DNA of 64,000 nt, taken from contig NC_087256.1 of the NCBI RefSeq assembly GCF_037042905.1, positions 4,278,001 to 4,342,000 of the forward strand, given 5' to 3'. The notes beneath the pieces are model-generated. The model did no database searches and was not told where the DNA came from. It saw nothing but the letters and a program-made list of their open reading frames with translations. Source of the DNA: Lytechinus pictus (lineage: Eukaryota). This document shows, one piece after another, positions 13,178 through 27,016 of the stretch (positions are counted from its first letter, which is position 1; each line of letters starts with the position of its first letter). A program made the translations under genes and the position numbers.

Positions 13178-16100
13178 AAATGGAAATTATTTATAACTGT
13201 TAGAGGATATATCCTAATTGTGGCATGACTGTTCCAGTATACTTGTGTCAGTCGATTGATTGTAAACTGTCTATGATACTTGTAATCAATCAAAAACATG
13301 AATACCAATTACTGAAAAAAAATATTGCTTGCATGAGAGATTGGCCTCTCAACTGTCAGCTTTATCATTGTTTGTACTTGACATCTACAAATTATACATG
13401 GGCTAAGAGTTATTTCCCTCCCCCCCCCCCCCCAATTTTTTTTAAGCCATAAAAATGGAAAAAGATTGGTAAAAATAAACAAATCCGGTTTTTTTTCAGC
13501 TATGAAAGTCCCTTTCGATGATCGCTAGTCTCAGATATATATTACCATTTTGTTTGCGTCATATCAAAAGATCCATGCCACATGCAAGATTAGCCTCTAC
13601 CAATTTCCCTTGTCTACTGCCCTCTGTGACGAACTTTTGCCAAGCGCTATAATTGCCCAGGTACAAAAGCAATTAGATACTTATATCAGATGCTGCACGG
13701 TATTGGAAATATTTGTACCTGCTGTCTGTGCATTTATTTATTTTATTGAATAAATTGAGGAAGCAGGGTCTGTACATGTTGAAGTATAAAGTTTTTTTTT
13801 TTCAGGGGTGGGGATATTAGAAACTTCTGAAATTTGGGTTTGCTGAAACCTCAGTACTCTGATCAGTCCTTATACAGTCCTTGGAAAATCCCTTTAAAAA
13901 TAGATTTGGTTATTATCTTCTTGAAATAGATTTTCCACTAGTAAATGATATCTTTCTTCAACTTTAGCTATCAGTCACGATATATTCAATTGAATGTGGG
14001 TAATCTTATCCTGAAATTACTTTCAAATGCGACAGATCTCCTCAGATTCCCAGTAGCTTCTGTGTTACACACCATTATACTTTCAATATTTTTTACGAGT
14101 TCGGCAAAATTTATGCACTAAATTTGAATATATTGTGAAAACTGATTGAGGTTTGACAAAAGTGCAATCAAAACTGGTTGGAAAAATGCTTATGTGATAT
14201 GGTGGAACTGTCATAACCCATTCAATATCAATACATTCAATGAATGCAGAATGCAGTGTTTTGTATGATTTTCTTTTAAATATGAGGGTGGCCCCAAACT
14301 TTTGGCCAGTACTGTATACATTTGGTCTATTTATCTTGTAATGCTATGTGAACAAGTTTCAGGTAAGGCATGGTTTTATTTGTATGACATTGCCTTAACT
14401 TGCTGGTTAGAATATTATTGAAATAATGATTGTGCAAGGATTACTTTATCAATAATGAAATCTATTCAAATGCTTACATGCACATAATGAAGAATAACTG
14501 CAATTATTTGAAGACAATTGTGCCATTCAAATTATCTATTTGGAATTTCATTTTATCTCCACATTTTTATTTCAGAATAATAATTATAATAATAATAAGA
14601 GTAACATTAATTATAGGTAAGTGAAAGCAACATTCATAAGGTACTTTATTACAGGTGTTTAGATGCCCACCGATGGACTGGTTAACAAATTCCCTAATAC
14701 ATAATAATTAAACCCAACTATTTTAATTATTTTTAATGAAAATTAAAAATAAACTAAAGTGTGCATCTCCTGGGTATTACTGATTAGAAAGTAAGTCTCA
14801 AAAATGTTTAAATATTTTCATTGATAGAGCATTCTAAATATGGTTTAGGACTTTCTTGAGGACGGTAGGTGCAATGACAGGGAAAGAATGATCATGATAT
14901 TAGTTTTTTATGCATTGGCTGTGGTCTGATTTTTAAAAAGGATTTGATATAAAAAATAAAAAAAACATTAAAAAAAATGAAAGCCATTGTAAGATCCATG
15001 TCACAATGTGATAATATTATTTTTAAATCACATTGTCACAGAGAGAGTTGCAAGTGAAAATTAAGGTTCTCATTAAAGCTCAGACATTTCTCAAATGTTG
15101 TAGATGTGGGGTGGTCAGTATGTTTTAGTCAGCTTGCACTGAGCACTGTTGAAAAAGTGGTAGCTCAACTGAAAGCTGGAGTAATAATAGTTGCGCTTTG
15201 TATAACCATGCAACGGCGCTATACAAATCCAGCTATTATATTACAATTAGATTAGGCATTGAAATTATTATAGGTGAGCATCACCTATAGATCCAAATGC
15301 AAAATTAAGCATAATTGAATTTAAAAAATGTCAAATACATCTGTTGAACATAGGCTGATCCTTTTTATTGATATGCATACAGTAGTAGCCTGTCCTAAGA
15401 GAAGAGTATGCAATGATTTGAATACTGCCACTTACCATTAACCTGTATTTAGTTATAGATAATACTTTGACCCATTCATCATTTCTCCCAATATTTTATT
15501 TCTTTTAGTTTGTGCGATCTCTCTGTGTGTTTAATTACATTGATATATAATGAAGAATACCATGGCGTTCTTGAATACTAGCCATTTATCCTAAAAGAAT
15601 CATTACACTTTCTAAATTGGCAACATTTGGGCATTTATGTAATAATTTTTATGATTGTATTTTTTAGTTATGGAGGATGGTAAAATTTATAATGGTTGCC
15701 AATTTGAGGAGTCGCTCTTATAAAGATAGTCCTCAGAAAGTTATGTACATCAACAAGGGTTTTGGGGGGTTCGTAACTAATCCTACAATTTTTTTAAATC
15801 ATGAAGTGTTCCACCTCTATTACATTTAAAGAATTTGTTTCAGAATATCAAAAGGTGCTGTTTAATGTATTTTGTCGTAAAAATCTTTACCTTCTCTTTT
15901 TGTTATTTATTAGAAATATGACAAAAGGGTTATATGAAATTAGAGTGAAGTGATTGTTGTGTAGTTATATATTTTTACCTGTTAATCATCACCAGTACTA
16001 CCAGCAATCTTTCATTATGTTTGTTTGATTGCAATTAGTTATGTTTTGTATGTACTCCTGTTTATTTTCAATATTACAGTGGGATGTAAATACTTATAAA

Positions 16101-18929
16101 GAGATCAACTCAGAAATGTATGTTTCTTGTATATAATTCATAGCATTTATAAGTTTGGAATTACCTTGTTTATCATTTTATTTGTAATGATCATGGACGC
16201 ATTACCCCCTTGAAATAGAGATGTGTTCATATTCATTTTCTGACATTTATACAATTGTATGTTAAATTATTGTTGTCTCGTTTGATGATTCCATTGTTAA
16301 TTTAAACTTTGGTCTTATATGATATGACAAATCTCAGCCACTTTTTTCATAGTGTTCTCATATGGTGAGGCATGTATTTATGTTCTATAATGGCCAAAAT
16401 TGCATTGTATGGAAATATTCTGTACTCTCTTTGTGCATTTATCTATTTCTGAGGAGGTAATTTTGACATTTTCTTGGAATCTGATTTTCATAATTTATCA
16501 TACTTTTTTTCTTCATTTTAATGATTATCTCTGAATAGAACATAATGTTGATATACAATGGTATTGATGCTTTGTTAATGTAATGCCCCCCCCCCCAACA
16601 TTCTGACATCGCTACTGATCATTATTTCATAAACTTTTCTTTTAAGAATTCTGATCATTTCAGCTTTTCTAATACACCAGTAAAGGTGAAAAGTAGTAAT
16701 TATTAATCAGATGTCCCAATATTTTAGACTGAAAAAATAGGGTTAATTTTGCTTTGAAATATGAAAGAAACATCATTTCTGAATATAGTGTGTAGTTAAA
16801 CGGTTTTGAAAATGAACATTTTATCAAAATGAGCTTGCAATAGTCAAACTTCAGATTATTTTCTTAAACTCAGAATGGTTTAGTGGTCTTTCGAACAAAG
16901 GAATGTGCAATCTGTGCATTAAATAGGTGAAAAGAGTTAATAATTATATTCATCTTTATAATTATGCATAGGCTAGTTGTATATTTCAACTTAAGCTTAT
17001 ACACCTGAACAAGTCTGTGAATCCTTTTGGGTATTTTTTTTATATTTGTATGTAAAGTCATTCCAGTAGTGGTAGATATAAATCATTTTAAATGAAAGCA
17101 ATTCTGTGCTTCTTCATTTAGATATTTAGATCTCTGGAGATGCAAGGGAATGATGTCGATATATATGTTTCAGAGTATATTTTGATTTTAGGATAGATAT
17201 ATATACATATTTTTGCATGTCTTCCACTCCATCTGTTGCTCTTGGATTCCATGAAAATTTTTCTGAAAAAGTATTTTCCTTGAAGCATTATGTTCTCTTT
17301 ATATTGGTTCTGTATTTCATTGTTTTGATGAAAAATAAGCTAAACTTAAATTTCACATGTTTTATTGAAATCTAAACAAACATTGCGAATCTTCTTTAGA
17401 GTGCGTACGTCTGTCTCAGTTTGGCAACATCTCTTGATATCCTACAGATCGAGTCGGTCAACTACAATTTGTTGGTATTTTCTCAATATCTGCCGTACTA
17501 TGAAAGAGTGAATGTTTACATAAGGACAATATGTGATATATCAATATGCAATGAATGTATATGCTATTTGATATTGTGCAGTTAAACTTGCAAGGTGTGC
17601 GTAAGATCCTTGCGCCCATCAGCATTATGACGTTTGCATTGCTGAAACAGAAAATTTACTCAAATATGTGTAACCATCTTAGTTTTAATGACAGATGTTA
17701 ATATATAATCAGAAACGTAGCATTTTACACAGCTTATAATAAAAGAAACAATTCAGGCATGCTGTGTGTGAACAATGTAGTTTAATACAACAGTAATTTC
17801 CAAACATGCTTTTACAAGTGAAATGTAGTGGAAAATATGTGAAGTAATGTGTGCTTGAGTCACATGTTTGCTGTGATGTATATTTCTTTGAGGCAGTTTG
17901 TGATGACATAATGTGAACACAGACTTAGGTGTAGATATTCATGCATGATATGATGTACTATTTCATTCTGTGTATATGCCATGCAGAACATTCAATATTA
18001 TCAGGATTCTAGAGAATTGCCCTTAATGTTTTCATTAGCCGTGTGATTTTTAAGTTATGATCACTTAAGTTTGTGATTTAAGTAGAAATGAGAGAAAAGT
18101 TTTTACCCTAAGAATTTTCTTGAGAATTTAAGAAGGCATCATGTCACACTTATATTGAGAACCACTGTTGAGGAGTTGGAATATATCATTGAAATTTATG
18201 AAATTAACACAAATCTATAACAGTGAGGAAACTATTTTTGTGGAACTCTGTAATTTTTGTTTTGAGAACTTTGATCAATAGGTAAATGATATTTTGGATG
18301 AGCAAATCGTTTGAAAATGAATTAAGTCTGCTTGTGAGAATGCAGCTTTTTTGTCAATGTTTATGATGAATAAATGCTTATTGACATGCAATCTTTAAAG
18401 TGTACTCATTGTATTTCTGTGTACCTTATCCTCAAGTTTAATACTAAGCTGATATTATATATTGTGAATGTTAAGTTCATAATGACCTGAACTTAGAGAA
18501 TCCCACAATTGCTTATGAATTATTTGATTTAAAATTTTACCTTTGTAATTTTTAAGTTTACTTTCAAACTGATATGATAGCATTAGAATATTACACAGAT
18601 ACTGATTCTGTCTTTGAAATGAAAGTTTAAACCAACATTTTGAAGATAAATGTAAAACAAAATATTTACCTCTTAAGTTGACTTTTTGTTGGACATGGAC
18701 TGTATATATGTTTTGGAAATAAGATTTTAAAGAGAGTGGAACTACTTCTTTATTTGCATAATTCATTATTATTTAATCATTTACTATTCCTGTACTGAAA
18801 ACAAAAATATGTTAAGTATTGAAGCTTTTATCGTTTTTCAATTATTTCCTTGTTAATATAATATAAATGAAAACTATTCAGATATTTTTAGGGATATCGA
18901 CTTCTCTCAATAATTCACATATCTATCAG

Positions 18930-20948
18930 ACGAGAGAGAAAGGGGGAATGGATGAAATAGAGTAGTGAATGGGAGATGGAGAGGGGGGGGGGGGGATAGA
19001 GGGAGGTAGAGAGAAAAGGTGATGAGAAGGGGAACACAAAAGTTATATTTTCTTTTGGAGGAAATAGAGTAATGAATATGGGAGAGGGGGGATGGATAGA
19101 GGATAGAAAGAGGGAGGGGGTAGAGAAGTTAAAAGAGGTATAGAGAAAAGGTGACGAGAAGGGGAACACAAAAGTTATATTTTCTAATGGAGGAAATAGA
19201 GTAATGAATGGGGGAGAGGGGGGATGGATAGGGAAGGAGAGAAAGAGGGAGGGGGTAGAGAAGTTGAAAGAGGTATAGAGAAAAGGGGATGAGAAGGGGA
19301 ACACAAAATTATATTTTCTTTTTGAGGAAATAGAGTAATGAATAGGGGAGAGGGGGGATGGATAGAGGAGAGAAAGAGGGAGGGGGTAGAGAAGTTGAAA
19401 GAGGTATAGAGAAAAGGGGATGAGAAGGGGAACACAAAATTATATTTTCTTTTGGAGGAAATAGAGTAATGAATAGGGGAGAGGGGGGGTGGATAGAGGA
19501 GAGAAAGAGGGAGGGGGTAGAGAAGTTGAAAGAGGTATAGAGAAAAGGGGATGAGAAGGGGAACACAAAATTATATTTTCTTTTGGAGGAAATAGAGTAA
19601 TGAATAGGGGAGAGGGGGGATGGATAGAGGAGAGAAAGAGGGAGGGGGTAGAGAAGTTGAAAGAGGTATAGAGAAAAGGGGATGAGAAGGGGAACACAAA
19701 ATTATATTTTCTTTTGGAGGAAATAGAGTAATGAATAGGGGAGAGGGGGGATGGATAGAGGAGAGAAAGAGGGAGGGGGTAGAGAAGTTGAAAGAGGTAT
19801 AGAGAAAAGGGGATGAGAAGGGGAACACAAAATTATATTTTCTTTTGGAGGAAATAGAGTAATGAATAGGGGAGAGGGGGGATGGATAGAGGAGAGAAAG
19901 AGGGAGGGGATAGAGAAGTTGAAAGAGGTATAGAGAAAAGGGGATGAGAAGGGGAACACAAAATTATATTTTCTTTTGGAGGAAATAGAGTAATGAATAG
20001 GGGAGAGGGGGGATGGATAGAGGAGAGAAAGAGGGAGGGGGTAGAGAAGTTGAAAGAGGTATAGAGAAAAGGGGATGAGAAGGGGAACACAAAATTATAT
20101 TTTCTTTTGGAGGAAATAGAGTAATGAATAGGGGAGAGGGGGGATGGATAGAGGAGAGAAAGAGGGAGGGGGTAGAGAAGTTGAAAGAGGTATAGAGAAA
20201 AGGGGATGAGAAGGGGAACACAAAATTATATTTTCTTTTGGAGGAAATAGAGTAATGAATAGGGGAGAGGGGGGATGGATAGAGGAGAGAAAGAGGGAGG
20301 GGGTAGAGAAGTTGAAAGAGGTATAGAGAAAAGGGGATGAGAAGGGGAACACAAAATTATATTTTCTTTTTGAGGAAATAGAGTAATGAATAGGGGAGAG
20401 GGGGGATGGATAGAGGAGAGAAAGAGGGAGGGGGTAGAGAAGTTGAAAGAGGTATAGAGAAAAGGGGATGAGAAGGGGAACACAAAATTATATTTTCTTT
20501 TGGAGGAAATAGAGTAATGAATAGGGGAGAGGGGGGTGGATAGAGGAGAGAAAGAGGGAGGGGGTAGAGAAGTTGAAAGAGGTATAGAGAAAAGGGGATG
20601 AGAAGGGGAACACAAAATTATATTTTCTTTTGGAGGAAATAGAGTAATGAATAGGGGAGAGGGGGGATGGATAGAGGAGAGAAAGAGGGAGGGGGTAGAG
20701 AAGTTGAAAGAGGTATAGAGAAAAGGGGATGAGAAGGGGAACACAAAATTATATTTTCTTTTGGAGGAAATAGAGTAATGAATAGGGGAGAGGGGGGATG
20801 GATAGAGGAGAGAAAGAGGGAGGGGGTAGAGAAGTTGAAAGAGGTATAGAGAAAAGGGGATGAGAAGGGGAACACAAAATTATATTTTCTTGTGGAGGAA
20901 ATAGAGTAATGAATAGGGGAGAGGGGGGATGGATAGAGGAGAGAAAGA
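18930..20948. repeat. 131-bp tandem repeat (satellite/minisatellite), ~15 copies, purine-rich + strand
   Basis: Unit GAGAAGGGGAACACAAAATTATATTTTCTTTTGGAGGAAATAGAGTAATGAATAGGGGAGAGGGGGGATGG...; repeated minus-strand ORFs are offset by 131 bp. Confidence 0.97.
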
Positions 20949-21349
20949 TGTGTTTGAAAATCATCTAAAAACACACTTTTTATTTAATGTGGGGGAGGGG
21001 CGTCAGTGTCATCATGATTATGATGTACACGTCTTTGAAGTATTGGGTACATAATAATTGGTAATATATTTTAAGATCTCATTTCCTTACCTGAAATGTG
21101 TGATTTTCATTATCTATCCTATCATATCCTTGAACCCACTCTCTCATTCCTTTTACAGTTCCTTTTGTTCTCCCCAAGTTTCGTTTCTTTTCTTAGGATC
21201 TTTATATCTCCTTGATATTGTTTTCTTTATTCCTTTTTTTTGTGGTTGCTAGTACATATTTCTCTTCTGTAGGACTATCTTCTCCCATGCTTATCTCATC
21301 TCTTCTTGATTTACGTACCACACTCATCTCATCACACTTCGATCTGAGT

Positions 21350-21409
21350 CAGGGGCGGATCCAGAATTTTCCAAAAAAGGGGAGGCACTTTTCCTAGGAA
21401 AATTTGACA

Positions 21410-21450
<41 letters not shown>

Positions 21451-21634
21451 GGGTCCTCACTTGTGTATGCCAGTATGGACGACATATTCCACTTAAAAAT
21501 AATTGCTGTTACTCTCAAGGGGGGGGGGCACATTTTTGTATAAACAACATATTTACATTTAAAATATTGACTATGACTCTCAAAAGGGGGCACGGGCCGG
21601 ATGTGCCTCCCCCCCCCCCCCGGATCCGCCAATG
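21350..21634. mobile_element. Short TIR element (MITE) with internal poly(A)
   Basis: CAGGGGCGGATCC ... GGATCCGCCAATG inverted ends; internal A31 and G/C runs. Confidence 0.6.
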
Positions 21635-22574
21635 GTGCTCATCTCAATTTTCAATCACCTTTGATACATAATTTCCTATTATTCTATTCATGTTTCATAC
21701 ACCTTACTTGATTTTCTTTCCAATGATCTCAGACTACAAACAACGTCTCGCATTACTCTCCCCTTTCTCTCCACCCCCTCTCTCTTTCGATCTGTCCACT
21801 CATTTATTATTTACCCCTTTCCCCTCTTCCACTTCTCTCGTTCTTTCTTTCATTTTTTTTTCTTTATTCGCTCTGGGATTCGCTCATATTCATCAACCCG
21901 TCTTGTGTTATTTTAAACAACCAGATACCAAACTCATAACTAAACCCGAATACATCCTACATAGTACCTTCATGTGACAAATTACCTTCAATGTTACCGA
22001 AAGCCTGACCCGACTTTTGCCCTCGCTTTCTCAAAACTCTATCCGGTGCAGTTCCGCCTCTGGAACAAAAATTGAGTAGACCCAACCTTCCATTCGACAA
22101 TAACCTCTCTCTCTCTCTTTCCCTCTTGTTTCGTTTGCTCTATTGTCCCGGTCTATTGTGCAATGATACGGTTCGGTGCTTAGACACAATCATTTCACAA
22201 TTCACTAGAGCCGAAGCCTTTGAATTGGAAACCAGTTGACCCTATCGAAGACGCTTCATGCCCCCTTGAGAGGTGTGTTGACTCAAGAAAGAGTACCAAT
22301 TGTTGGGCGGTGGCATCGAAGTCTATTGTCATTTGTTGAAGCGGGGACTGTAACAGTGCATGGCTTCAAAATCGTATAGAAAAAACCAGTGTTTAATACT
22401 GTGTACAGGTGTCCCGCATTGAGTTGAACGATGTAGGACAGGATCGAGTGAAAGTGTTTCTCGCCTGTAACAGGTGTCGTTATCTACGTTAGATAGCTGT
22501 TGATTACTGGTAGTAGCTAGAAGACTTAATACCAGCGCACCTCTAACCATCTGCTGTCCAGATAGCTGTTCAAA

Positions 22575-22658
22575 ATGGTGTCGCCGGAGCGTGTACCAAA
22601 TAATGTCATCAACCCGTGTGTGAAGTATACGCTATATGTTCTCAGCTTTCTCTTTTGG
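22575..22658 (+). CDS. Tetraspanin, TspanC8 subfamily (TSPAN5/14/15/17/33-like), coding exon 1
   Basis: caaaATG start; MVSPERVPNNVINPCVKYTLYVLSFLFW|gtaag matches the tetraspanin CxKY..F.FW TM1 start. The seven exons join to 291 aa. Confidence 0.88.
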
Positions 22659-24997
22659 GTAAGAAACTGAGACTTTTAGTTTTACACATACTGTTTGAGA
22701 ATGGTAGATCTGAGAGACAATTACAGAGAAAGTGGAGGAAAATAGTACATGAATGTGCTATGTTGAATGACAATAATAGTGTTGTATTACCATTGAATTG
22801 AGCATGATCACATAAGCAGTGTTTACGTACATCATCATATACTCCACTTTCTATTCTAGGCTTACAATTTGGAGGTACATTGTATGTAGTAAATGTTCCA
22901 CATTTCATATAACACAAAAAAAATTCAAAAGTATGTTGTTAATTCTCACTATATAGGCCTAGTATTTTCAAGTTAGCACATAGGCCTAATCTAATGATTG
23001 TATTATATTTCAATAAGGTGCTATCAAGAAGATTTGTTAAAATCATTTATATGACATTTACTCCTGTCACATTACAAAAATGTTAACTGATTTAAAATGT
23101 TTTCCAAAATAGTTTTAAAAAAAGCAATTTTCTGATGTTTTTAATACTTCTACTTCTACGATACTCAGAAGGATCAATAATAAGTCAGGATGTTGTGCTT
23201 ATATATTATGTTTCTAGGGGAGCAAAAGCAGTTTAATAACATAAACTTATATTTCTTTCATTTTAATACATGAATTGCTAAATGACTATGAAAACGTTGT
23301 ATTAACCATATTGAAACCATACATTATGATTTTTTTTCATAATGTTAATAGCTGACATAGTTATGATATATACTTTTGCTCTAGCATGGTATAAGTAATG
23401 AGTTAAAAATGTGACTGTTAATTTTCAACTTGTCTAATTGGCGGGATAAAGATCTCCATGATTCAAATAAAAAGAAATACATAGGCCTATTATAGGATTT
23501 ATTCTAGTCTGCAAACTCTAAATGCACTTGGTAATATATGCTACATGTATTCTGCCTATAGTGTTAGTTGATTGAATTGTGCTCCAATGTACATGCATAT
23601 TTCATTTCTAATCTAACACATGCACTTTCCCATAGAAGCAATTCAGCAACATAGCATTGTTAATCAGCGTTTTGCTCTGTTGTAAAGAAGCGAAGCATGA
23701 AATTAGAAGTGAGTCTTTAGAAAGTCAAACCAGCTAATGTTCGAAGTGACATTGGACTAATGAATCCATTAATTTGGTCAGGATAATTTATTTATATTGA
23801 TAGTAACATAGCCTACAGTGACAGATCTAATATCTTAAAATATATAACTAAGGCCTTATCTTCTGAAAATAAAAAACATTAAAGTGATAGGATAAGATAA
23901 TTTTGATCGGTGCATATATATTTTTTTCAATTGGAGCACCGTTAAAAACCAATCAACAACAGATATAGTTATGAGTGAAGTTTTTCTTTGAAAAAGTATA
24001 AAGATGGAGCGCAGATTTCTGAAAAAGTAGAAAAGGAGAAGTAATTTATCGATGAATGGTGTGGAAGACATTAATTTTTTTTTAAAGGATCAGAAGAAAG
24101 ATAGAAAAAGAGAAGAAATATAATAAAGAAGAGGATCAAATAGAAAAAAAATATTGAACTTTTTAGAAGGAATGAGATATACATGTAGTCGATTTGACAG
24201 TCCCATAGGCTCAATACACCAACCTAGAAATGTTCTTTCCGATGAAGTTTTTTTCTTGATTCGTGTTCCTATGGGGTCCTAGAACAAATTCAGCTTGGTT
24301 GCCCAAAGTTGCCGTTTGGGCAATTTTGCTAATTTGCATAAATCCAAAATGGCCGCCAGATGCCATCTTTAAAACCTAACTTTTGAACCCCTTTCCACAA
24401 AATGATGAGTAATGACTCGTTTTAGGGGTTTAGATGTGTGAACCGATTTTTGGAATCATTTTTGCAATAAAAGGTCATCTTCAGGTCAAATCTAAGATGG
24501 CGCCAGATGCCATCTTAAAAAATTGACTTTTGATCCCCTTGCCCCAGAATGACGAGTAATACCTCTGTTTAGGGGTTTTGGGGTGTGTAGAATCCATTTC
24601 TGCTTTCTTTTTTGCAATATAATGTTATCTTCGGGTCAAATCCAATATGGCCGCCATATGACGCCATCTTGAAATATCAACTTTTGAACCCTTTGCCCCA
24701 GAATCATGAATAATAACTCTGGTATGTTCATTCAATTTATGCTGTAATTTTGCATAAAGGATAATCTTCAGATCAAATCCAATATGGCCGCCAACAGCCA
24801 TCTTGAAAAATTACCTTCCGTGGCTTACGTGTAAAGGCTAATGTAAAGGGATTTCAGTATAAGAATACTCATTTCTTTTATTAATTCTCACGTTTTTGTC
24901 CCAGAGTCATGAATAATCCCTCTTTTCCTGAGTTATTTGGTATGTTGATTCCATTTCTGTAAATAATTTTACAATATATGATCATCTCCAGGTCAAA

Positions 24998-25540
24998 ATT
25001 CAATTCAATTCAATTCAATTCAATTTATTTTCATTCTTCAACATAATACAAATAATTACATGATAAATCAATTCAATTCAAATAAAAGCATGAACAAAAT
25101 TCAACATTAAATAAATAATATACATATTCAATAAGTGATTCAAATATAAATTAACATGCATGTCAAATTTAAATCAATATAATCAATATAATTAAATATA
25201 ATTTAATCAATATAATCATATATCATGAGAAGAATGGAGGGGTCCACTGAAAAGCAAAGCTTGTAAAATGTGAACCCCTCAAAAAGTTAGGATAGAAAAA
25301 ATATTAAAATATACGTAAAGGAATACATGAAGATAACGAAAGGGGCAAAAAAAATCTTATATACAGGATTGTGAAATTCAGAGACAAAAGACAATACACG
25401 ACACAACACAACACAGGACGGTACATGAGGGTGGACAATAGTACGATGACAACTGCCTAGAATATAGAAAGAAAAATAGAGATAGGGAGAGGGATGCAAA
25501 GCTAATCTGCTGCATATATATTATGTCTACACAAAATAAT
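24998..25540 (-). mobile_element. 3' fragment of a CR1/L2-group LINE nested in the foldback element
   Basis: (TTGAA)n tail and AATAAA on the - strand, with a 3'UTR stem-loop like that of the LINE at 51 kb; interrupts a host subrepeat. Confidence 0.65.
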
Positions 25541-25962
25541 CGAACATGGCCGCTAAACGCCATAGGCCTATTAAGAAAAAATATATATTTCCCGAGACTA
25601 TCGAACCTTGAAGAAGTACTCTCCCTCATAAGGTTACTATTATGTATGGGAGCTCATGTAAGGGGATTTCAGCGAGAATGATTCATTTCTTTTAATTACT
25701 CCATTTTTAGTTCGAGGTCAAGTCACGTCTAAGATGGTCAGATGGTTGATAGATTTCGTCTTTAACCGCTTACTTTAGAATGAAACCATTCAAGGTTTGG
25801 GCTATGATTTCGGGAGTTCTAATCTTTTTTTTTTTTTTTCTGTCCAACCATACTTTTCCAGTGAAAGGACTTTAAAGTATTATTTGAATTAAAAAGTGAT
25901 TTATCCGTATTTTTTCAAAAAAATAGTTAACTAATGAACTTTCTTTATAATTATCATTGGAC

Positions 25963-27016
25963 TTTTCCTCCTGACAAGAGCCATTGACTTGGTCAGCAGG
26001 AGTGCACTATTTAGCCTCCTGCAGAAGATAGGCTCCCCCAAGACTGTTCTATGGTCAGGATGGATCTCATTCGTGAAATGTTGTACGGAAACGATGTCGC
26101 CCCTGCCTCTCAAGAGGTGAGAGTACAAGACCTAGTCATACATAACAGCTACCTGTCCTGTGCATGTAAGGAGTTTGGATCACCCATCAGCCTGTGAGAC
26201 AGAAATCCTGATCGACTCAAGACACTGAATGTCCTCCAGATATCTATATCAATAGCACGCACTCGTCTGTTCGTGGTGGACTCCTCACCTACCTTGGATC
26301 GAGTACATACATGTAGCTCCCTTTCACTGGACAAGTATATAAGCACCGGGATAGTAAAATCTGTCATTCATGGCCAAGCTCCTGTACGGAAGTAAGTCCT
26401 TGAAAACGTACGCCGACCGAGAAAAGTGGCCAAACACCTTCCATGTCAGCTGCCTCGGACGTATCATGCACATTAAATGGCAGGACAAAGTGAAAAATAC
26501 AGACGCCCTTCAGCGTAAGTGCTGGTATCCTCAGCTTATTCTCGCTCCTTAGTCAAAGGCACCTTAAGTGGTTGGGGCATGTTCGCCGCATGAAACCTTG
26601 GCGAATCCCTTCTTGGATTCGCCAAGGTAAGGTGAGCTGTGTGATTGGTCTCACCCCCATCGGTAGATCACACCTCCGTTATAGAGACACCTGCAAATGT
26701 GACATAAAACTTGCCGGCATAGACAAGAACACTTGTGAAGATGTAGATGATAGTCGCCATTCTATGGAGAGCTACTAAGTACAAGGGTCAAGACGTCAGA
26801 AAATAACCGAAATGCTAAATTGGCAGACCAAAGACCTAGGAGGAAGGCTAGGGCAGCATCTCTATCTAAACCTGTCTCAGCGCCATCCTCCTTCATCTCT
26901 ACAAATTTGCTATAGATACTGCCACTCTAGAGTGGAGCTCTACAGTCACTCTCGAAATTGTAAGACCTACATGTAGCGCTACACCATCGTCTTTTAAGGG
27001 GAACTGATGCCTACCA
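25963..27016 (+). mobile_element. 5'-truncated, degenerate RTE-clade LINE
   Basis: Decayed RTE C-terminus (LLYGS..TY, RIMHIKWQDKVKN, WLGHVRRM, LRYRDTCKCDIK); flanked by 10-bp TSD ATCATTGGAC (25953-25962 / 27017-27026). Confidence 0.8.

Noticed and set aside
18915-20974. Series of Pro/Ser/Phe-rich minus-strand ORFs
   Set aside because: They are translations of the 131-bp satellite; the unit is not a multiple of 3 and there is no gene structure.
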